Positions 1 through 12,782 of a stretch of 64,000 nt of DNA are shown here, in pieces. Source of the stretch: Magallana gigas (lineage: Eukaryota). The first letter of the stretch is position 1, and each line of letters begins with the position of its first letter. The translations under genes were made by a program, and so were the position numbers. The stretch is from positions 6,882,001-6,946,000 of the forward strand of contig NC_088857.1 in NCBI RefSeq assembly GCF_963853765.1, read 5' to 3'. Below the pieces are notes generated by a model. The model did no database searches. It saw only the letters and a program-made list of their open reading frames with translations, and was not told the DNA's origin.

Positions 1-127
1 TGGTAAAAACTAACACAGTAATACTAAACTTAAAATGTGAAAATTTTACAGACAGATGGACGGGGTGTTGGACACTAGACAAGAGGTGGTCAGAACAGCT
101 GAATTCTTCGGTTCAGGTGAGCTAAAA
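1..127 (+). mobile_element. 3' end of a Helentron-associated non-autonomous element (HINE-like)
   Basis: Reads gtgaaaattttacagacagatggac...gtcagaacagct...ttcggttcaggtgagctaaaaa. This matches the (GACA)-repeat plus 'caggtgagctaaaaa' terminus I recall for bivalve Helentron-type repeats. Recognised from memory only. Confidence 0.5.
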
Positions 128-1344
128 ATTGAGTAACTGACAAGAGAAAATATTTTGCTAATATCAACTATTCTATTTTCTGACACCATAAAAAGTTCTT
201 AAAATCAGACAAAATTCTTCGTATAAAATCTGTTTTTAACAGAAAAATACTAAAATGGCACCCCATTGAAATTGCTTGCATTTTACTGCATTTTGGAAAC
301 TTGTTTAATTAACAAGATTTGTAAAATTGTACAGACTACAGAGGTAAAGGTTAACTTAGGTTTATTGCATTGTCTTGTAGCAAAAAACACAAGTGTATTT
401 AATGTATTTCATGAAATTTTATTATAACAATTTGCTAAAGTTAAAAAAAATTCTCAGTTGTAGATTCATTTAAAGTAATTTAACACAGTCAAGCATTAGC
501 TATCATACTTTGATTAAAGAAATTAAAAAACAATTTTAAAATTATTTTTTCAATCCCTTAGAAAAAAAATATAAAGAGTTGATATTGTAGATTATTTCAA
601 ACGTATAATAAATCAATATTATAGCACAAATTATTGAATTTCAAAGTAAAATAGATCTAACACCTACCAACCAACACATTCACACAAACACATTCACATA
701 TAAATAACATAAAAGCTTCTAAATTCAGAACACTAAAACACCGTTAATGACAGAATTCAACCTTAAGGTCAAGATCTAGTAAATGAAAGGTGTTTACAGG
801 TTTATGAAATTCCAAGATATAAATTCTCTTAATGATGCTTCATAACAAAATCTTTGTTTGATAGCGTGTACCGAGGTTGACGCCATAAGGTCAAGACCTA
901 GTAAACGATTCCAGAGTGTCTTTTTGGTGCTAGAACCATTGTGACATCATAAATGATTTGATGAATCTTTTCCCGTATTTTATGGCTTTAAAGGAATTAT
1001 GTAGAAAATAAATATTTTTACATTCTTTATTTAATCACAGGAAAAGTAATCCCAGTACCTATGTTCAATTTGAAATCATTTTAAAGAGAAGGTCAAGAGC
1101 CTGTTTAATGCCATTTTTAGGAGAAACTGTAGGCAATCTAGATATATTTCATTAGTCAAAATTGGACAAAACTCCGAGATTTGTTACTTTTCCTTCACAT
1201 TTCATAGAAAATTGTTGTTTAAAACATGATTTTTCAACGTTTTTATAAAAAAGTTAAGCTCCGGTACACCCTATGAAGCAAAGATATTGTTATAAGCATC
1301 ATTAAAGAATTTATATCTCGAATTTTATAAACCTGTAGGCACCT

Positions 1345-1381
1345 TTTATTTACTAAATCTTGACCTTAATTCATTTTTATT
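1345..1381 (-). promoter_or_regulatory. Candidate polyadenylation signals of the AZI2-like gene
   Basis: AATAAA on the minus strand at 1376-1381 and 1345-1350, about 55-90 nt after the TGA stop. The hexamer is common in AT-rich DNA. Confidence 0.3.
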
Positions 1382-1434
1382 TTACCTAGGTATTTAATTT
1401 AAATCATTTAAATGATTAATTCTTAAATAAAACA

Positions 1435-2672
1435 TCAGTGGCGTAAAATTTCAAATTTGTCGATGATTGGTTCTTCCCCAAAGTGTTCTTGCACATGAGT
1501 TTCAAACTCGGACTGCATTTCCGAGGGATAACTAGCATCACACATTGGACAGATCCGCACATCTTTACTTGACGTCTGGTTTGTAGGCGAAACATTATGC
1601 AGAGTGGTGCAATCTTCTGATCCATCATTATCCATACAGTGAAACACATGCATTTGAAAGTTCTCCATACTAATATTAACAAAGTCCTGCCCACAAACTG
1701 GACAAATCTGGGAGTTTCCAGATGGAGTCTTTTGAACAACCTGTTTGGGTCGAGTTGCAGAACTTCCGGGCACAGTGCGTATCTCTGGCTTCAAGGGTAT
1801 TTCCTGTGGGTTTTCCTGTGGGACCCGCCCTAGAGAAGACTGGACATTCACTTTGTTTCTTCTGTCTCTCTCCTCACCCTTGACTTGGGTGGAGAGAGGT
1901 CTAATCACAGACTGTGGAGGGGAATTCCCCCCCATCGTTCCATGCTCCTGAGGCTGTCTATGCAGCTTCTTTTTATCGTCTGACGATGGAACAACCTTCA
2001 CATTCGGTGATATCACAGGGAAATTACTTGCACCACGACCAGGGTGTACATCTTTTAGATTCACATAGTCACTGTCTTCCAGATTAAAAAGATGGTTTCC
2101 AGGGCTAGGTGTGTATTGCATTGTTTGATCCTCACTTGTTTGGACCCTTTCACTGTTTCCCATCTCCGTTAGCATGTCTAGATTTTCATACATGCTGAAA
2201 TCCTGTGTAGAAGCTGGTTTTTTCATAGAAATGTTGACACCTTTACCTGCGAGCGGATATGTTTCCTCAATGTTACCCCCTCTTGATAACCCACCCACCA
2301 CAGTGGTTCTAGAGTTCTTGCTTTCGGTGTGTACAGACGGTGTACACATGTTGGGGTATCCCGTGCCTGGAACATTGTACTCACTCTCAGTGGGTCCTCT
2401 GAAAAGTCTTTTATCTGGGTCTGGTTTTGTAAAATTCACCTGATGAAATTGTTCCTTCAATGTCTGTGAGGTATCAGCCGGTGGCATAGTCTGCAATGTG
2501 GGGAAGTTAGAGACAAGTAGTGGTTTCCTTTCTGCGTACAAATCCATCGTCGGATTGGGATAGTCGGTAGCTTTCTGTGCCTGCTCGGTCTCATAGTGTG
2601 TTGGATAAAATGAGGCCCCCTCTGCTGCATAGCGGGAAGTGCTGGAACTCAGACTGGTGGATTTGGCACTCT
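1435..2672 (-). CDS. Last coding exon of the AZI2-like gene (S/T/P-rich linker, UBZ1 1636-1704, UBZ2 1480-1551)
   Basis: Acceptor ctatatttgtttcag. The frame is open for 41 codons upstream of the track ATG at 2547 and ends at TGA 1435-1437. Confidence 0.9.
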
Positions 2673-4420
2673 CTGAAACAAATATAGCCGGCTTATTTTA
2701 CAAGCTTGTCAATGACTATTGCAAGATTTTATAAAAATGACTGATATTGACAAACTGTGTTCAATTTTACATTAGAAAATAACCTTCAAAAGTGAAATAC
2801 TAGAAACAGAATTCAACAGAAAAACAACACACATTAGTCCTATGCAGGTAAAAACTTATCAATGTAAATCTTTAACACAGTTCAAGAGATTTATGGGCTT
2901 TATTACTAATAAAAATAACGTGTGTCAATGATAAAATTCTTGAACTATACTTTTTTAAATGATTCCTACTGTTATCACATAAAAAGACACTGGAAAATGT
3001 AAATACTGTATTTACAGTTATCGGTTTATAAGTAACTATAATATCACAAGTTATATAAGTGTAATCAAATATCTCCCATTGAATTTGTGTGGTCCTTTAA
3101 TTGTATAAATTTGATAAGAGAACACCTTCATTACAGGTGGTTAGTGCAGAGTTCTGTTCAAATTCCTTGGTGGTTCAGGAAACAAGGCATTTCTTGCATG
3201 CAAAATTTTTCAGAAGAAAGAAAGTTACCGGTACTTAATAATTTTACATTTTCTATTTTTAAAAGAGCAATAAAGGGCACTTGTACCCAGTATAATTTAA
3301 CTTGATGACAAAAGTTGTCAAAAGTGTGAAATTACCCAGTAATTGAATTCAATCTCATTACTTGTTTCAACACATAGTTGTAAGTTATCTTGTATTGGAT
3401 ATGCTCCAATGCACACAAAATCATTGTTCCAATCAAAACATGGGATATTTTTCTATTAAATGTTTTAAAGAATGCTCTACCGACTCCCTAGTACTGATCT
3501 GACTGTCAAGACCCTGTATTCTTTTTCCCTTTTTTTTTTGGGGGGGGGGGGGGGGGGGGATGTACTGTCATGTACCTAAACATTGTATAAAACACAATCA
3601 ACATTATCAACTTTGTTAACATGGACTCACCTATGAGTTTTTTAATTGCGTCCTTCTGCTTGCCTAACATTTGCCCTTGGACCTTGACTTGTTCCTTTAG
3701 GTTTTTTATTGTGGCACTGTATCTCTCAACCTGATCTATAATTCTCACCTCCTCTTCTTGAGTGATGGAATTCAGGGAGGGTATTTCTGTCCCTTGGCCC
3801 TTTAACAGCTCTCGCAGATTCCGAATCTCCTCTTGCAGATTCCAAATCTCCCCATCTTTCTTTTGTATTTCAGCACGCAACACACTGTGTTCCTGAGTTT
3901 GACCTTGATTGTTATTAAGCTGTACTCGAAGTCTTTCATTTTCTTTCCTAGTCTCAAACTCTCTAGCTTTGCACTGCTTCAACTCTTCCTCTTGCTGTGT
4001 AAGTTTCTTCATTAAAAGTTTATTATCACTTTCAAGTTTTGAAATAGTACTCTTGGCCCGAATAACCTGCCGTTCTAAACTCTGCGCAAATCCGAACTCG
4101 GCTCTATACTGCGCCTGTAGGTCCTGCTCAGGTTCACTGGGCGGGCCTGCCGCACCAAACACTCCCGAGTTTGGACGTCCCCCTGAAATACGCTGCATCT
4201 CAATTTCCCGAATCGAAGTCTGTAAAACTGCATTTTTATTGACCTGTTCCTGCAGGCGTTTCTTCACCTCACTGTACGCCGTCTGTAGTGCATGGAGTGA
4301 GCCGTCCTTCTCGTGGTTCGTAAAGCTGAGCTGGAGGTTGCTGAAGTGGCTCCCCCCTGTGATGGTGTCTGTGTTGGTATCCCCCTCATTATTACCAATG
4401 ATATCTATGTCCTCCTCCAT
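1435..4420 (-). CDS. AZI2: AZI2/NAP1-TBKBP1/SINTBAD-like TBK1 adaptor with coiled coil and two UBZ-type zinc fingers; join(4420..3631, 2672..1435), about 675 aa
   Basis: The N-terminus MEEDIDII...HALQTAYSEVKKRL resembles AZI2 (EDDICIL...FALVTAYEDIKKRL). The donor ATAG|gtgagt at 3631/3630 and acceptor tttcag|AG at 2673/2672 join in phase 1 without stops: 790+1238=2028 nt. The C-terminal motifs are CPVC..HVFHC and CPMC..HVQEHF. Read the symbol as '-like'; AZI2 versus TBKBP1 orthology is unresolved. Confidence 0.88.
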
Positions 4421-4445
4421 TCTCTAAAATGGCCCGACCAGCAGC
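3631..4445 (-). CDS. First coding exon of the AZI2-like gene (25 nt 5'UTR plus the coiled-coil region)
   Basis: Acceptor cttctttttttgctag at 4446, ATG at 4420 and strong donor gtgagt at 3630. The last ~40 aa of the track ORF are intron read-through. An upstream non-coding exon is implied but was not located. Confidence 0.88.
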
Positions 4446-5252
4446 CTAGCAAAAAAGAAGTAAACTAGTTTATGGAAGAATTCTACAGAAAAAGTACACT
4501 TCAATTAAAGCCAAGCAGCAATTTGAATACATTTCAACAGCTTTTTTTCTCTCATAAAGTATAAATTTATGAATAATTATGCATTTCAGTGTTTGAAATC
4601 CAAAATACATGAAAATAAAAAAATTGATTTTTCTTGACATTTCACAGCAGTTAATGTGCTATAAAGGAACTCAACATAAGGAAACAGAGTTTTCTGGATT
4701 TTACAGAAATTACATGTGATCTGATAAAGAAAAAAATTGTGTTTTTTTTTTGTTTATCGAATTGTCAAAGTTACAAAAAAATGCATACCACTGTAATGTA
4801 ACATTCATTTCAATATTAATGAATTACTTAGTTTTCTAAATTTATCTAAATAAAAAATTTACCATTCTACTGCTTCAGTCCATCTTTTACTTTCAATGAA
4901 GAGAATATTTCTACAAGAGAAAATTGTTTCATTACAAACCAGTTAACCTTTCAAAATAGGAAACTGGACATAGAGTACATTAAATAAACTTAAGTACAGC
5001 ATTGTTTTTAAACAATTTAAAAATTACCAAATAGAGAATGCCCATAAATCCTTGTATTAATACTTATTTTTTTGCTGTTTGAGAAAGAAATGAAACCAAT
5101 GAGCTAACAGATGAAAGCATACAATAAATAAAAAAACTTAACTATTACAATATATCATCCCCTTACTAAAAAAAGTGTGTTATGACATCATCTTAAATTC
5201 AGTGTGTAAGAGGATGAAGTGTAACCATTTACATTGAATGAATGTGTCGATG

Positions 5253-5344
5253 TGACCTCTTGACCCTGACGTCAGAGTCTGCTTTACAATCAGTAAAACC
5301 AGTAGTAAGAACTGTCTCCTCGACTCCCACGCAATGACTCAGCC
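5253..5344. promoter_or_regulatory. Candidate enhancer: DR2 nuclear-receptor repeat, CRE palindrome and AP-1/ARE
   Basis: TGACCT-ct-TGACCC (5253-5266) abuts TGACGTCA (5267-5274). ATGACTCAGC lies at 5334-5343. The cluster is about 0.8-0.9 kb upstream of the first coding exon. Confidence 0.35.
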
Positions 5345-5798
5345 CCAGAACTTTGATCTACGTTCTTATTTCCGGACTTTGTCAATCAAAGTCAACAAAT
5401 ACTACTGCTGACGAGGATTCAAACTACGATAGTCATATGTCATAAGTCATAACTCGTTTATTCACACATGAAAATGTGATCCCTAAATAAGACCAAAATC
5501 TTTGGGGTTTTTTTTGTTTTTTTGGAAGGGGTGGGGGTACCCTTTTGTACTTGAATAATTATTTTTTTAAAAATTTAGTGCACATACATGTATATTATTA
5601 TGTATCAAAGAAGAAATTGGACACCTTCAGATTCTGATGCTCGAAGAAGTCCACGATAAAATTAAGTCTTAACATCTTTGATTTCACACAAACCTGTTGT
5701 CTAACAGTGAATCTCATTATGTTAAAGCATCGGATTGTGAACTGTCAGCACACACCAACTTAATTTTCAAAGGTGTTAACATTCCTATTATTCATATC

Positions 5799-5908
5799 TT
5801 GTTGTTATTGTTATGGTTGTTGTTGTTGATGTTATGACTGTTGTCATTGTTGTTATTGTTACAGCTCAGCTGCTGTTGTTGTTCTTATTGTTATGGCTGT
5901 TGTTGTTT
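5799..5908. repeat. Imperfect (GTT/ATT)n trinucleotide low-complexity tract
   Basis: ttgttgttattgttatggttgttgttgttgatg... read directly from the sequence. Confidence 0.8.
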
Positions 5909-8900
5909 ACAAAATCATATTTTAATGTAGATCAACTGTTACCAAGTCTTAGCTAAACAACCCTATACAGGATGTAGTTGCGGAAGTATAGACTCTATAA
6001 CAGAGTGTTATAAATCCTTAATCTTACTGTTGGGGTGAAAACACAGTCAATGTCATAGTATGTTTGGATATTATATGTACTAATTAGCATATTGCTGTTT
6101 CATATACAAAATTCTTATTGAAGATCTCTCTAGTTGTTTATGCTTCACTACAACTCAATAAAAAAGAAACCAATTCCAGAATCACTTCAACAAAGCATCC
6201 AAAATACTTGTTCTTTGAAATATCTTGTTAGTGGTGAAATAAACCAAACACTCTTAATCTAACCTTGGATAAAAAAAAATAGAAACAAGGAAAGGTTGAT
6301 TTAACTAAAACTCCACTGTTATTTGTAATATCCAGTGTTTACGAGTAAGTGGCATTTAGAGAGCAGCTCCCATTGAAGAGGAGGAAACACCAAAACAGAA
6401 CTGTCGGCATTTAATTAAATTTTACCATCCTTGTCTCAATCTTGACTGTATTGTACATATATAAGCTTATGCTATCGCTAAAATGGATCAGCACATACCT
6501 ACACTGAGACTAAAATGACGAATTGATGATACCTACATCTTGTGTAAAGTGTATACATGTAAAGGAAACCCTATGTGAGGGTTCTGTAGAATAAATGATG
6601 TTTTGACCTTAGAAACACTCGTTAAAACTTCTGTTATACCATGTGATATTTCAATACATGTGTGAAATGTTATTTCATTTGATAAATGAATACAATGTAA
6701 CATGTACTTGTACAAGTATAAACTTTTTTGCTGAAGTCACTATGGCATGTGCCCAATGAATATTGAATCAACTGCATGGTGCCCTGTTTAATTTTTGTAT
6801 GTTTCAATGTAAAAATTGTAATAAAAAAAAAAAAAAAAGGAATTTTAAAGAGAAAATTCGATACAGAATTTATACTTGTATAAAGTTAGTTACAAATAAT
6901 AGTGCAATCCAGTTAATACTTGTTTACAACATACATGTGTATTTGCTTTAAGTTTAAAGTTACCTTTTTCTGTTACAATAGAAATTCAATGGAAATTTCA
7001 AATAACGCAGCGTAATCTTCAAAAACCTGAAACACACAATTGAAGGAATGTTTGAAAAAAAAATATTTAAAGAAAACCATTGAGGTAAATCATAAATATA
7101 AAAGATTATTTTACAACTATCATCTATGCCTCATGTACAGTGGCATATATAAAAATATTCATTATTTTTCCATTAAATATCAAAATGCCTATTTTGTAAA
7201 ATAATAATTGAAGCTACACTTAGTGTCAGTACAACCTGTTTCATACATTGCAAGTCTCTATTATCATTACTCAATAGCATATAAAGAAGGTAAATGTTTA
7301 CAAATTACATATTCATTTCAAAACCGACAACTCAAATCATAATAATATATGAACATGCTGAATAAATAAAAATAAATCTAAAAAATGAATTAAAAAAAAT
7401 CTTTACATCTTATCAATAGATATTGAAATGAAACATATTTCAAAATTTCTTCTTTTGTTCCCAAGTAGGAAGTAGAAATAGATAGTTGCAGAATTAAAAT
7501 TCATTTAAATCACCTAGTACCTTCATACTCTGCTATTGCAATTTATGAATTATTATTTCAAAATTAAAAGATTTAAATTTGAAATTTCTAGAATACACAT
7601 ACCCCCTCCCCTCCCCCAGTTTCCCACCGACCACATTGACAAGACACCTTTAAATTTCACACTGAAGTTACTAACATCCTGGTCCGAACATCAACAAATT
7701 GAAACAAACTCTTAAAGAATACTTCATTCAGAAACATTCCTAGCGTTTACGTCATTCACTTAACTTATGACGGAGATTTAAATAGGCGCTTGTCAATTGT
7801 TGCATAAGCAACTTGCATGTAAACAAAACTATCGCGTAGGTGGGTGTGCAGTTACTACTAGGCTACTGCTACTCCTACAAAACTGTGAATCACAAGAGGG
7901 CAGGGTGACTGTTACAACTCATCAATAAGTCTAACACAATAAGAATATACATATTCCTTACTATAAGATATTTTCTGACAAACAAATATGGGGTTTAAAC
8001 ACGTACACGTTCAATCACTGTTATCTATTTACACTTCACATTTTCACACAACCGTTTTCACGGACACCCAACCTTCAAAACAGGTCTCTGCGAAAGAATA
8101 AGGTCTTAAACATTAAATCGTATTCCTTTTTGTTTGCTTAAAAACCTCATAATCCTAAAAAATATAATGTTCATTCGAAAATATGTTTACCAATTTTTTT
8201 TTTTCAATGGCGGAGTGTTGGGGATTTTCGAAAAAATTGTACTCCGTTCCCGATATAAATTGTAGATCAGTGAAAATTCAACATATCAAGCGAATTGTCA
8301 AGGATATACATGTATTTGCTAGTAGTTTTGATATCACCGATATTGTTGAAAATGAAAAAAAAAATACAATCACTGGTCTTCGTATTCTTCTTTTATCGGG
8401 TTGATTTGCCAGTTGTAGCAGAGACATAAATAACATGTTATTTATGTCTCTGGCTGTAGTAAACATAAAAGATTATGCTGACAAGAATGTTGAAATGTAG
8501 CTATTGCATTATACATACGATGCTGATCTTGAAATTTAGTGCTTATTCAAAGGGAAAATGACAGGCATGTAATAAAAAGGAATTGGGGTGGGGGTGTGGC
8601 AGCCGCCACTTTTATGCTATAAAGTCAACCGATCTTTCATATAGAAAAACTTGCTCCTGCATATACATTTCTGGGACAGTGTAAGGAAATTATATTGAAA
8701 ATTAAGATATTTATCTATAAAGACCCCCCTTTCTATGGGACATATAGAATTAAAAAAAGAAAAGAAAATTATAATGCTTATTTAAAAGCCGGCGATCGAT
8801 TTCATCTATCTATAATATGAATACTATTAAATTAATAGTTATCTAAAATAAATGCTTTAAAAATAGTTTCGTTCAACGGGCCATAATTTATTTCTAATAA

Positions 8901-10276
8901 ACAAAACCCTATCGATATTTTGTTGAAGTCTAATGTACTTTCCTTCTGAGCATCCAGTGTTTATTTCACCGAGTAAACATTTGGAAAAATAAAAAATCAC
9001 ATAAAAAAAATATCGCTAAAAACACAGATTTTTATTAACATCAGCTAGGTGTTTTTCCCCTCCATTTCTTAAGAATGTCGATTGTAGTCGATTGTAGTCA
9101 TAAAGTTTTGAACTGAAAAGCCAGAAATCTACGCGATCGAGTAAAACAACGCATACTACTATCGTAATTTTTCCATATATGGAGAAATTAGCTGATTTTT
9201 CTATGTTGGTTGACAATATTCAGTGATAATTTACATATTTTAAAAAAATCTATATGGATAACTGATTAAATTTTTCAGAGGCAGATGTAAATATAATGGT
9301 AAAATGCGTTCCTTGCTTTTGGTGGCAGCACTGCAGATAGAAAAAATACATTACCCGCTTATGCGGATTCTGTATTTTTCTGCAATGCTACACTGTAGAT
9401 ACCTTCATACATGAATCACTGCACAAAAAAGACCCGACCTTAGCCATATTTAGACCTTTATTTAACAGGACAACAGAATATCAACATTGAAAAAAATAGT
9501 TTCAGAATAAAAAATTCAAAGAGTTGAAAAATCCCCCCCCCCCCCAAATCCATTCTTATCAAGATTATCTTCATTACTGTGAACGATTTTCTGTTTCTTA
9601 TGTAACATTTTCAATCAGCAAATATGCGTGTTCTCATTGCTTGTTTATTAAGGCTAGAAATTATGTAAACCATCGTTTCAAAAACTAAAACGATCAACAA
9701 TCATGATGGGTAAATATTTAGGACTCGCGTTAAAATGCATGTGCACTCTGATGTTGAAATAGATGTTGACAAGATGATTTCTTGTTGAATTTTACCAACG
9801 GAAAATGTCAAAAAAGTCTTTGTTTTTTTAGTGTTTTTTTTTTTTATAAAAGCTTAACAATCACTCAATTTTACTCATCCATTGGAACCCCCCTTTTCAA
9901 TATTGCTGGATAAGAAAATTATTGCAAAACAAATTGGCTCGAAACTTAGATCTGCTTATCAGACAGTCGGATGTTTTTGTCGATTTCTTACTGCAATCAG
10001 TATAATGGTTTCACGCGCACGAATTTCCCCGATTTTTAAAAAAAATTGACAGTTATTTTAACAAAAATATCTAGAGCATTCGAACTCGGAACCTTTGAGT
10101 CAGTAGTGTGATGATTTATTATCTTATTCACTGAACCACGATGTTAACACGAATCACCTTTTTTTTTTTTAAAATTGTGAAATCGTCATGCATGATGTAC
10201 TCTTATGAATACAATGTACATGTATATTAACCTGTGTAGAAGACTTTAAATTAGACATGTACTTTTTTCAAGTTCG

Positions 10277-10308
<32 letters not shown>

Positions 10309-11914
10309 TAATAATAATAAAAAATAAATTAGTGACGGAGCCAATTTGAAGTTTTACTGGATACCTGATATTTGTCACGCATTCTTCTATTTAAGGACAC
10401 CAGGGGTGATCGGTATAATTTGGTGTGTTACACATGTACACTTAAAAGATCCTTAATTTTAAAACTGTATATCTTAATAACGCGACAAAAAGAGGATTTT
10501 ACCCTCTAAAGGCTACCCAAGGACAAATAGTTTGATGAATATGACCGTTTATGAAAATGATTTTGGAAATAGAGTGATAATACACAAATTCGGTATAAAT
10601 AAGTAGAAATAAAAGATAATAGTACCCCCTCCCCCGGAAAAACCCCGAGCTGTCGTCATATTGCTGCGCTATGTATTCTTAAATGTATATGTCGGACAAC
10701 CAAGCCCATGTGATTGATTTTTTTCGATCTATTTGTCCAATATCTATTTGTCCATTAACCGAACCCAAGTGGTCACCCTTGGTTATCTATGTATCAGATA
10801 ACCCTTATGTCTCTTTTGGGTACACCTACAAGTACATTTATATTATTATTTAGATATACGCAAAACATATGTTACATGTATGCTGCCAAATCCCAGATCC
10901 AAATGGAAGAAGATTTTAAATAGTTATTGTAAATTACAATTTAGTTAAACCTGCTTGGTCCGATTTTATATCAAGTTTTATTTACGCTTTAAAATTGAAA
11001 TACCGTAAAATCTAATTTAACAGGAATAACTATTGAAAGGGGAAATCTTAAAGTAGAAAAAAAAACCAACAATTTTTACACACCCTATAACATTATGCAA
11101 GCTAGCATTGGAAGGGTGGGAAGGTGTCTTTGTATCTGCATCTTCGCTGAAGCGGTGCGTATCAGAAAACCTTGACCAGCGAAGATGCTGCTTTTATTTA
11201 TTATGCGTACCTTGTTTATTCAATTTAAAAGAATTTTCGATTTTGTTTGGAATGTAATTTTAACATTTATACATATATATATATATATATTTATAAGCGA
11301 GAATATACGATCTTTATATTTATACATATCTATTTTGTCGCTGTTCCAAATGATAAATGATCACAACTTATACTCTACACATGACGACAGTATACATACA
11401 AGTAAATAGATATCAAATTTCGGTGGGCGTTGTTTATAGTCGGCATAAGTATATTTTAGATGAAACCGCAATTTCACGAGATCCAAATTTCGCAAAATTA
11501 GGAAAGGATGGAATCAGAGGAGAAAACAGTAATTTGATATATAGAACTTTTTTTTTGCCCCGAGCATTATTCATTGTCCATGTTCCAACAATGCATTCGG
11601 CGCAATTTCGGTGTAGTTTTACTAGTTATGAGACTATATGCATATTATATCATTTTAAACTTTGAGTACATAAATTGTAATTTTAAGACTGTACAAATCA
11701 CTATCATATGCACAAGATGTTAAACTATTTGATTTAATAATAAAGTTAATACCTGTATTATATTGTACAGGGAATAATTTATTATCAATAAAAGAAATGT
11801 TTTTAACGTCAGGCGCCTGTGCTTACCACGGGGAAATTAAAACATTGAAGTTATAGAGCATATGACATCGATTAAATTGTTCATGGACAATTTCATGGAT
11901 TATAAAATGCTAAT

Positions 11915-12096
11915 CATGCGGATCCAGCCTGGGAAGTAGGGGGGGGGGGGTCAGTGGGGTTCGGACTCCCCTAAAAAATCCAATTTACACAGTAAAATTA
12001 CCAAAAATATATGCCTCGGGCTCCTCCCCCGGCAAACTTATGTATCCCTCGGACCCCCCCCCCCCCCTTTGGAAAAAATTCCTGTGTCCGCGCATG
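11915..12096. mobile_element. Short MITE with CATGCG(CG)GA termini and internal G/C runs
   Basis: Left end catgcggatccag, right end gtccgcgcatg, internal poly-G and poly-C. A lone left-end-like fragment, catgcgcggatc, lies at 53542-53553. Confidence 0.65.
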
Positions 12097-12782
12097 TTCA
12101 TATATGACCTCCTCTTCATTATTATTTTTAAAAAATCCCTCACTTATTAATTGTCTGACATTCTTTGCGTCTTTCACGTGATTTAGGTCAGAATCAAGTT
12201 ATATATTACGTCATGAAATGTATTGCTATGTCCGGTTTAGCAAGAATACCGGTCGAATCAATCCTAATTTGATTTTAGAATTCACAACAACATTTGAATA
12301 ACAACAGCACCTCGAAAATTTACGCATCTAAGGATATCAACAATATATGTTCATCAAAAATGCATATTAAGAGCCTTTATATCCTGGTTTGTTGTTATCT
12401 TCATAAATTCATTAACGAAGATAAATCTAGATAGGCTGCTTAGCTTTTAGGTTCCTCTATTCATTGGCACATTATAATCACTCGAAGTAACGCTTGGCAA
12501 TGTTAATTTATTTGGATTTATATACATAAATTTATGATTTCTCTTGTTTAATTTGTGAGCCACTTAAATGATCACTAAAATAAATGGTTATGCATATATC
12601 GGTGGTTAGCCAAATACAATTTTGTAAAATACCTTTATAATTTCCTTCATTTTCCAACAATCCACACAGTGGTTATACCACTTGTTGAAAACTTAATGGG
12701 AAAATAGAACTTCACGTTTTCTTTGAATTCTTTTGCAATACTTGAATATCTTTATATTTTGACACCTCTGATGCTAAGCAAT

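Noticed and set aside
3506-3630. C-terminal hydrophobic and PPPPPPPKKK tail of the 304-aa ORF
   Set aside because: Read-through into the intron past a strong gtgagt donor; the poly-Pro/Lys comes from G20 and T10 homopolymers.
1416-4427. Overlapping ORFs at 1416-1739, 1639-1833, 1745-1951, 2174-2443, 3833-4015 and 3909-4427
   Set aside because: Antisense or alternative-frame shadows of the real CDS, with no independent signal.
8183-8466. ORFs near a YY1-like atggcgg motif and a kappaB-like ggggattttc
   Set aside because: No recognisable protein and no clear splice structure; the motifs are imperfect.
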